Positions 57,029 to 64,000 of a stretch of DNA of 64,000 bases are shown here, piece by piece; the first letter of the stretch is position 1; each line of letters opens with the position of its first letter. A program made the position numbers and the translations under genes. The notes under the pieces are model-generated. The model worked only from the letters and a program-made list of their open reading frames with translations, was not told the DNA's origin and did not search any database. This stretch comes from Bacteroidales bacterium (GTDB taxonomy: Bacteria; Bacteroidota; Bacteroidia; Bacteroidales; VadinHA17): the NCBI GenBank assembly GCA_038325595.1, contig JBBQJD010000005.1:6291-70290 (forward strand), given 5' to 3'.

Positions 57029-59323
57029 ATGAACAACCGGGGAAAATTATTAAGTCTGTTGCTTATTCTTTGTCTGTTAAATGGCATTGCCTCTGCTCAG
57101 AAACAAAAAACAAATCCAAAAGGATTCCTTCCGGTTTCGGTTTGGTACAGCGGAGGGAAGGCTCGTGCACCAATGCTCTCAAGGATTACTCCTCAGTCAG
57201 AAGCGGAGTGGAGGAAGGACCTCCAACAAATCAAAGCCCTTGGATTCAATACTGTGCGTACCTGGGTGGAATGGGCAGCCTGTGAACCTGAGCGAGGAAA
57301 ATATAACTTCAGCAACCTGAAACTGCTTTTAAAGCTGGCTGATGAAGTTGGATTGAAAGTGTTCATACAGATGTATGTCGATTCGGCACCTGACTGGGTT
57401 GCTGAGCAATTTCCACATGCACTCTTTGAAGCACAGAGCGGTGATAAAGTACATCCGCAGGCAGCACCGGGAGCCTGCACCGACAATCATGATGTTGAAG
57501 AAGCAGTTCTCAGCTTCTATACCGAAACAGCCAGAATAGCTGCTTCATATCCTAATTTCTTTGGATGGGACTTGTGGAGCGAACCACATATAATCAATTG
57601 GGCATCACTCGATTATATCCCTAATGTACAATTCTGCTTTTGTCCCGGCACCAGGGCAAAATTCAGAAACTGGCTGGAGAAAAAGTACGGATCCATTGGA
57701 AATCTGAACAGTGCATGGTACCGTAATTTCGACAACTGGGAACAGGTGGATCCTCCTCGGTTCAGCACAATTCTTAGCTACACCGATTTTGTGGACTGGA
57801 AAACCTTTATATATGAAAAACTGGTCGATGATATGCAGGCACGTTATGATGCCGTACGCAAAGCTGATCCTGACCACCTGATTACTGCCCATGCCGTGGG
57901 AGCTTCGCTTTTTCAGTCACCCCATGTGGGAGCCGGCGCAACTGACGATTTCATGATGGCACGCCCGCTGGACTATTACGGAGTATCATTATATCCTAAG
58001 CACAATCACCCCGACAGGGCATGGTCCGTTACTACATTGCGTACCCAAATGGACTTTACCAGAAGCGCCAATCGTGAAAAAGGAGGATGGTATGTTGGTG
58101 AATTACAGGCTGGTATGGGAACGATTGCACTTATGGTAAGTGATCCGGTAACTGCAGACGATCATCGTATCTGGGCATGGTCGGCCATTGCCAAAGGAGC
58201 CAAAGGTGTCAATATATATGCATATTACCCGATGTCGACAGGCTATGAAGCCGGCGGATACGGGCTCATCAGCCTCGATGGTACCATAACCGACAGGGCA
58301 ACAAAAGCCGGTGAAATGGCTGCAATGGTAAACCGGAACCAGGACCTTTTCCTTGCTTCAACACCAGTAAAAGCCAAAATAGCCATTGTATATAATCCTC
58401 TTACCCAGATGGTAGGCGGCATGCAGCGACGAGACTACCCGGGAGCACTTCCCAATTCACTGATCGGATATTTCCAAACCTTTGCCAACCACAATATACC
58501 GGTCGATTTTATTCATCTTAAGCACATCGAAAATCAGGATCTTTCGCAGTACAGGCTCGTGATCATCCCTTATCCGATAATGTTTACAGTTAAAGCTGCC
58601 ACAGGAGTCCGTGAATTCGTTAAAAACGGTGGCTACGTTCTGGCTGAAGCACGTCTGGCCTGGAACGATGAACGCGGCTACGCCTCAGAAATCATACCCG
58701 GTCTTGGATTACACGATGTATTTGGCGTTCGTGAAAACGAGGTAAGAATGAGTGAAAAAAAATTAAATCTGACTGTCACCAGTCTTAAGCATCCCGCTCT
58801 TGAAGGATTAGCAGCAGGCAGTTTACTGAAAGGCTCATTGTACTCACAATCAGTAAGTCCCCTGGAAAATCAAAAAATTGAGATACTGGCCACCTCAGAA
58901 CAAGGACAGCCCTGTATAGTAAGTACCCATTATGGAAAAGGCGAAGCAATGCTGGCCGGGTCTTATCTTGGCATGGCTAACTTCCCTGAGGTTGAGCCAA
59001 ACAACGATATCTTTTTTACAAATCTTCTGAAATGGGCAAAGATCGAACGTCCATTTACCACATCCCTCGACGGAAGAACCTCATCACAGGTTGAGGTACG
59101 GCTCCAGGATAACCCGAACGGATATGTTGTTTTCGTGATCAATCACAGTACCGGGACTGAAGAAATAAGCATCGATCTTAAAGTAAAAAATAACGCGAAC
59201 TATAAGATAAGGGATCTTATCAATAATACGGAAGTAAGCCAGAAGGGAAGCAATAATCTATTGAAACTGAATACTTCCCTCGAGCGGAAACAGGTCAGAA
59301 TATGGGAGATAAAAGGATTGTGA
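57029..59323 (+). CDS. exported GH42-family beta-galactosidase-like glycoside hydrolase
   Basis: From ATG 57029: signal peptide MNNRGKLLSLLLILCLLNGIASA|Q, then the GH42 N-terminal block GFNTVRTWVEWAACEPERGKYNF and a trimerisation-type middle domain. Confidence 0.85.
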   Translation: MNNRGKLLSLLLILCLLNGIASAQKQKTNPKGFLPVSVWYSGGKARAPMLSRITPQSEAEWRKDLQQIKALGFNTVRTWVEWAACEPERGKYNFSNLKLLLKLADEVGLKVFIQMYVDSAPDWVAEQFPHALFEAQSGDKVHPQAAPGACTDNHDVEEAVLSFYTETARIAASYPNFFGWDLWSEPHIINWASLDYIPNVQFCFCPGTRAKFRNWLEKKYGSIGNLNSAWYRNFDNWEQVDPPRFSTILSYTDFVDWKTFIYEKLVDDMQARYDAVRKADPDHLITAHAVGASLFQSPHVGAGATDDFMMARPLDYYGVSLYPKHNHPDRAWSVTTLRTQMDFTRSANREKGGWYVGELQAGMGTIALMVSDPVTADDHRIWAWSAIAKGAKGVNIYAYYPMSTGYEAGGYGLISLDGTITDRATKAGEMAAMVNRNQDLFLASTPVKAKIAIVYNPLTQMVGGMQRRDYPGALPNSLIGYFQTFANHNIPVDFIHLKHIENQDLSQYRLVIIPYPIMFTVKAATGVREFVKNGGYVLAEARLAWNDERGYASEIIPGLGLHDVFGVRENEVRMSEKKLNLTVTSLKHPALEGLAAGSLLKGSLYSQSVSPLENQKIEILATSEQGQPCIVSTHYGKGEAMLAGSYLGMANFPEVEPNNDIFFTNLLKWAKIERPFTTSLDGRTSSQVEVRLQDNPNGYVVFVINHSTGTEEISIDLKVKNNANYKIRDLINNTEVSQKGSNNLLKLNTSLERKQVRIWEIKGL

Positions 59324-59340
59324 TTCGTTAAATCAGCTTC

Positions 59341-59665
59341 GCCTCTCCTAAATCCCTATCACGGGAGGTACTTTACATCATGTTTGCCTCTCCCTAAATC
59401 CCTCCCCCGAGTGGGAGGGACTTGAAAAATAACCAACGATGAAGTTATTAATAACCAGGATATTATTAAATGAATTTCAACAAACAGCAAACGGACCTTC
59501 CCCCTCTCTCCCGGGACTAATCTCTTATCACATTTAATTTTGTCTCAAGGAGAAGGGGATCCCTCATTTTCGCCAACCCCTCGCAGGCTGAGGGTTACCA
59601 GATGTGTATAAAGATTAGCTCTCCCGGGAGAGGGGAATCAGAGGAGGTGAGGCTGCTCCGTAGCC
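59341..59665. repeat. cluster of GC-rich palindromic/hairpin repeat units in a 350-nt convergent intergenic region
   Basis: Two direct units of gcctctcc(c)taaatccct...gggagg(g)actt (59341-59374 and 59386-59423, the second with a perfect 8-bp stem tccctccc/gggaggga). Also the palindrome ctctcccgggagag (59619-59632), a related ctctctcccggga at about 59505, and the hairpin aacccctc..gagggtt (59575-59596). Confidence 0.6.
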
Positions 59666-59673
59666 AGGAGACT

Positions 59674-62600
59674 TTATACATTCTTCTTGTAGGTGTATTT
59701 AATATATGAAACGAATGACAACGCTGCAAGAGCTATTACTGTGACATATACAAATCCCGGTACGGGGACAGGATCACCTGAAGCATATGAGTGAAGCCCG
59801 GACAGGTAATAATTAACCCCGAAATATGTCATCAGCACTGAAGAAAATGCAAACAATGCCAGAAGATTGAAAGTAAAAATATCCTTCATGCCGGGGATTG
59901 CCCTTGAATGTACCACTATACTGTAAATTATAATTGTGATCAGCGACCATGTCTCCTTCGGATCCCATCCCCAGTATCGTCCCCACGATTCATTAGCCCA
60001 AATGGCTCCGAGGAAAGTACCGATTGTAAGAAAATAAAGCCCCAGGGTGAGTGTTTTGAAATTGATAACTGTAAGCTCATCGACTGTTGCAGATATTCTC
60101 GAACGGTTCTGATCATTTGAAAGAGCAATCAAAACCATGATTATCAACCCAAGGATAGCTCCCAGACCGAGGAAGCCATAGCTGCCGGTAATTACGGAAA
60201 CATGAAGGGTAAGCCAGTATGATTTCAAGACAGGAACCAGGTTTGTTATTTCAGGATCCATGAAGCTCAGGTGTGCTACCATGAGAGTCATTGAAGCCAG
60301 AACGCCTGTTGCAGAAAGCGCGAACGCCGACCTACGGCTGAAAATAAATCCTGCCAGAAGGGTAACCCACGAGATGAACAACATGGATTCATATCCATTG
60401 CTCATGGGAGAATGACCGGCAATATACCATCTTAATCCAAGGCCGAATGTATGAGCCACAAATCCAGCAAATAGCAGCCATCCCATTATTCTTACAACCA
60501 TTGTTATTTCCTTCCTTCCTCTTATAACCATGATTATCAGACCAATAAGCATGATCAAACCGATAGTTGCATAAAAAGGAAACAGCTTTTCGAAGATGTT
60601 CAGCTTATAATACAGAAGCTCAGCCCTGGTTTTTAAATCTGAAGGAAGATCGTACTCAGAGAACCTCTCCTGATAACCACTTACTGATTCTGAAATCTGA
60701 CGTACCGCAGCCAGATTAGCTGATTGAACTGCATCGGTTAATAAAGGTACTATACTACTGAGATAAAGCGAATCTTCCTTGCTGATTGCAGTCTTAAGAG
60801 CTTCCTGGGGTGATCCCCACATATGCGTTGTGTCTTTCACAGGAAAGAGCTTTAGGAAATCGCCCTTGTAGATCATATAGACAATGTTCAGCCTTTCATC
60901 GACTTTCATTACTTCCTTATCAGTCTTACTCCTTTCGCCAGGTGATTTGGCATAAGCAATGTTCACCATCTCTGACAATTTATATGTTCCGGTACCATCA
61001 ATATCAACCAGGTCGGTAAATGAAGCTCTATCCCCCCTTATTCCAGCCAGTCGCTGCAGATCTTTGTTGGAGATCTTAATCAGAGGAACATTCTTCCAGT
61101 TATTAAAATCGAGAAAAATGCCAAGGAAAACCTGCATTGAAGTGAGCTTCTCAAATTTATTCTCACGTGTCACTTTCCGGAGTATATCATTGCTCAGTGT
61201 GAAAAGAGGTTTTGTACGTCCTTTTTGATCCTGAACAAGTACCTTTCCAAATTCTTCAGCAACAGATTTGTCAGGGATAAGCTTTTGTGCTTCAGCGTAA
61301 TTCAGTCCGGATACAATCAGCAATAATACCAGGAAAGTCACAACCTTCCTTAAATCAGAGGACCAGTGTCCCGGGGTAATTTTTCTGAAAAGAGAATTTT
61401 TAATGAAGAGCGAGAGTATTATAAACAGAATCAATAATCCGTAGCCCGCGTATGTAATCATCATCCCTGCAGGATCGTGATTAACGGAAAGAACCGTTCC
61501 TTTTTCATCCTGGTCAAAAGAAGACTGGTAAAACCGGTACCCTTTATACTTAAGTATGTTGTTCATGAAAATGAGGAAAGGCATTTCAACGTTTTCTGCT
61601 CTATCATATAGTACAACATCGCTTTTATAACCTGAAGGACTTGTTGATCCCGGATATCTCTCCAGGATAAAATCATTAAGTTTCAGGCTGAAAGGAAGGG
61701 TAGTCATCATTGAACCATAGCTGACTTCAAACTTATGATCATCCATCATGCATGATCCGTTCACCGGGCCGCCTGAACTTTTGTCCCATAATGAAATTGT
61801 GCCCGACTGCGTACCTCTGAACACATGAAAGATGAATGCTGTTTGTCCGGTATTGTGTTCCGCATCGAGAGAAACAGCTTTTACAAGACCCGACAGCATC
61901 ATCTGCTGGGGAACTATTTTTACGTCCCTGACAGAGAGTACCTGCATGTTTCTGAGAGGCAGGCTGGTTCCGGGGGTGAATTCCTTTGACTCCTTTGTCA
62001 TCATACTTACCTCTGTAATTAACTCATCTGAAGACAAATAGAATGATGAGGTATCGCTTTTTATGGTAATATCCGTCGAATCTGTTGATTCAAATCCCAT
62101 CGAAATCCCCTCCACGGTTTTTGCCTGACCTTTTTTCAGGGTAACTGTTTCCATGGTTCTCATATCGCGAGTAACCATAAAAGAAATTACAGGTTCACCA
62201 TTTGGTGATTCCGAAACTGTTTCGGTTGCATTTGGAATTATTCTTGCCAGTATCAGTTCATAATCGTTACCGGCAACATTGATCTTTTTTTTATAGTTGC
62301 CGGCTGAAGCTGCCGACATGGAATATTTTTCAGAATTATCAGCAACCTTATTGCCCTCACTATCTGCGACTGAATAACCTATATATTTATCATTCGAAAA
62401 ACATTGACTTTGCTCCTGTCCTTCCCTTATATGAATGTTTCCCTCCCATCCGAAATATCGCGTAATTGCTGCTCCTGCAATCATAAGCACAAATGAAATA
62501 TGAAACAGGAACACCGGAATTTTATCTTTTCTGTAAAGCTTTAAGTCAATCATCCGGCCAGTAAGGTTTACAGCAAGAAGCAGCAGAATAAGCTCGAACC

Positions 62601-62742
62601 ACCTGGTTCCATATACCATACTGTAAGCCGCGGATGATCCGAAATCATTTTCAATGAATGTTGCAATTGCCATGGCCAGGGCAAATAAAACAAACAGAAC
62701 GCCCATGAAAACGGGAGAAAACAGGAATTTAAAATGCTTCAT
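59674..62742 (-). CDS. ccsBA: fused cytochrome c biogenesis protein CcsBA (ResB-like + CcsA), system II
   Basis: N-terminal ResB-like region and C-terminal CcsA with the WWD motif WANESWGRYWGWDPKETW. 1022 aa. Confidence 0.9.
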   Translation of the reverse strand: MKHFKFLFSPVFMGVLFVLFALAMAIATFIENDFGSSAAYSMVYGTRWFELILLLLAVNLTGRMIDLKLYRKDKIPVFLFHISFVLMIAGAAITRYFGWEGNIHIREGQEQSQCFSNDKYIGYSVADSEGNKVADNSEKYSMSAASAGNYKKKINVAGNDYELILARIIPNATETVSESPNGEPVISFMVTRDMRTMETVTLKKGQAKTVEGISMGFESTDSTDITIKSDTSSFYLSSDELITEVSMMTKESKEFTPGTSLPLRNMQVLSVRDVKIVPQQMMLSGLVKAVSLDAEHNTGQTAFIFHVFRGTQSGTISLWDKSSGGPVNGSCMMDDHKFEVSYGSMMTTLPFSLKLNDFILERYPGSTSPSGYKSDVVLYDRAENVEMPFLIFMNNILKYKGYRFYQSSFDQDEKGTVLSVNHDPAGMMITYAGYGLLILFIILSLFIKNSLFRKITPGHWSSDLRKVVTFLVLLLIVSGLNYAEAQKLIPDKSVAEEFGKVLVQDQKGRTKPLFTLSNDILRKVTRENKFEKLTSMQVFLGIFLDFNNWKNVPLIKISNKDLQRLAGIRGDRASFTDLVDIDGTGTYKLSEMVNIAYAKSPGERSKTDKEVMKVDERLNIVYMIYKGDFLKLFPVKDTTHMWGSPQEALKTAISKEDSLYLSSIVPLLTDAVQSANLAAVRQISESVSGYQERFSEYDLPSDLKTRAELLYYKLNIFEKLFPFYATIGLIMLIGLIIMVIRGRKEITMVVRIMGWLLFAGFVAHTFGLGLRWYIAGHSPMSNGYESMLFISWVTLLAGFIFSRRSAFALSATGVLASMTLMVAHLSFMDPEITNLVPVLKSYWLTLHVSVITGSYGFLGLGAILGLIIMVLIALSNDQNRSRISATVDELTVINFKTLTLGLYFLTIGTFLGAIWANESWGRYWGWDPKETWSLITIIIYSIVVHSRAIPGMKDIFTFNLLALFAFSSVLMTYFGVNYYLSGLHSYASGDPVPVPGFVYVTVIALAALSFVSYIKYTYKKNV

Positions 62743-62775
62743 AATTTTCAGTTATAGAATTTTTGGAGGGTTTGT

Positions 62776-63471
62776 TTAACCTTTTTCAGAAATTTGTACA
62801 AGTTTATCCTTGTTTAATATTTTTATTTTTGCAGAATCAGAATAGATAACTCCGGAATCCTCAAGTTCCCTTAAGATTCTAACAACACATTCCCGGGCCA
62901 TATTGGTCATTTCACCAAGTTCCTGACGTGAGAGGATCATATCATATTCATCGGCCATAAATACCTCATTTGAAAAGTAAAGCAAAGCATCTGCGAGGCG
63001 ACCCGGCATTTTCTTTTGTGTAAGATTTATCATCTGAGTCTGAATTCTGATTGATTTTACGCTTATATCTGTAAGCAGGCTTTCAGCAAAATTGATGTTT
63101 GTCCTTACCAGTTGCTTAATAATGTCAAAGCCTATAAAGCAAGCCTGAACAGATGACAGGGCGGACACGGAGAATGTATGACGCGAGTTGACATAGGCGC
63201 CGGGACCAACTATAAGTTTGCCGGGCCTTACAATACCCAATATGAAATTTTTTCCATTCAGGCCTTCTATATATGTTTTTGCAATTCCATTTGCCATAAA
63301 TAATGCACTTGAAGTCGGAGAACCCTGCTTGATCATTATTTCTCCGGATTTAAATGTTGCTTCGTACCTGTTTTTATTTACAATGTCCAGCTCTTTTTCA
63401 GTCAGCAGGTTAAAATTCTTCCATGCCTGCGGACATTTCTTACAATCATTTACTAAATGAATATCTGACAT
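62776..63471 (-). CDS. Crp/Fnr family transcriptional regulator
   Basis: cNMP-binding-like beta-roll and a C-terminal HTH (RQELGEMTNMARECVVRILRELE). N-terminal CKKCPQ cysteine pair. Confidence 0.9.
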   Translation of the reverse strand: MSDIHLVNDCKKCPQAWKNFNLLTEKELDIVNKNRYEATFKSGEIMIKQGSPTSSALFMANGIAKTYIEGLNGKNFILGIVRPGKLIVGPGAYVNSRHTFSVSALSSVQACFIGFDIIKQLVRTNINFAESLLTDISVKSIRIQTQMINLTQKKMPGRLADALLYFSNEVFMADEYDMILSRQELGEMTNMARECVVRILRELEDSGVIYSDSAKIKILNKDKLVQISEKG

Positions 63472-63548
63472 CTGTGTCCTTTTAAAGGGGTCAAAAGTAT
63501 AATTTAATGCACCCGGTAAAATTTAAATAACAAATATCACATTTTTTA

Positions 63549-63562
63549 TTGACATTTATCAC
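63549..63562. promoter_or_regulatory. candidate Crp/Fnr-type operator (TTGAC-N4-ATCAC)
   Basis: ttgacatttatcac matches 8 of 10 positions of TTGAT-N4-ATCAA. It lies in the divergent region between the Fnr-like gene and the cytochrome gene. Confidence 0.35.
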
Positions 63563-63675
63563 CGGTAACACAAATATCTATCAATTTATTACCTCTCAAA
63601 AAGCATATCATTGTTATCTAAATAACAGAGGTTTTTTGTAACTTGCAGAACGAAAAATATATTAATAAACCCAAT

Positions 63676-64000
63676 ATGAAAAAGCTAACCAGACTATTTC
63701 CAATTTTAGTTGCAGCAGGATTTATACTTGCATCCTGTGAAGGACCTATGGGACCGGCCGGAACCCCGGGGGTAGATGCGAATGAAACATGCAAGCAATG
63801 CCATAACCAGGATGTTGTTGATGCAAAAAAACTTGAATACGAACATTCGAGGCATGCTGAGAGTTCAGATATTGCAGAAGAATATGGCACAAGAAATGCC
63901 TGTGCACCATGTCACTCTCATCAGGGATTTCTTGCTGTTGTCAAGAATAATACGCCTGCAACATTTACCGTCAATCCCAGCGATCCCACAAAGTATATAA
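63676..64000 (+). CDS. multihaem c-type cytochrome lipoprotein, N-terminal fragment (runs off the window)
   Basis: The ATG 63676 frame is open to the window end: MKKLTRLFPILVAAGFILASC|EGPMGPAGTPGVDANETCKQCH...CAPCH. It has a lipobox plus two CxxCH haem-binding motifs. It is missing from the track because it has no stop. Confidence 0.75.
   Translation, partial: MKKLTRLFPILVAAGFILASCEGPMGPAGTPGVDANETCKQCHNQDVVDAKKLEYEHSRHAESSDIAEEYGTRNACAPCHSHQGFLAVVKNNTPATFTVNPSDPTKYI

Overview
AT-rich chromosomal segment that reads as Bacteroidota, probably a Bacteroidales-like anaerobe. Supporting signs are the DUF4290-murA, DUF4492-cydAB and parA-parB-DUF5683-mltD gene orders, a fused CcsBA cytochrome c synthase, lipoprotein and signal peptides followed by Gln, and few Shine-Dalgarno sequences. 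I count about 55 protein genes and one tRNA-His. I saw no rRNA, CRISPR array, transposase, integrase, phage or recognisable defence genes. Most of the window is housekeeping: grpE-dnaJ, murA, rsfS-ftsH-cdsA-psd, pssA, lon, coaD, pyrE, birA, rpmE, parAB, kup, cydAB and fprA. It also holds several exported hydrolases and an anaerobic-respiration corner (ccsBA, an Fnr-like regulator, a multihaem lipoprotein cut by the window end). I found no clear-cut novel system. The best candidates are: (1) a tight operon-like unit of a sigma-54 activator lacking a DNA-binding domain, a divergent aspartase-family gene and an orphan hydF; (2) a single-polypeptide SGNH-MBOAT fusion directly downstream of an MltD-like lytic transglycosylase; (3) a GC-rich structured element present twice in opposite orientation, each time upstream of and co-oriented with the next gene; (4) a 38-codon membrane ORF downstream of cydB, below the track's size cut-off; (5) a set of short word-like tandem or inverted repeats and GC-rich palindromic units filling several intergenic gaps. 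A ZIP-family metal transporter is split by a frameshift. Product calls rest on motif recognition by eye and memory of families, since no searches were run. Both window edges carry partial ORFs that the supplied track omits.
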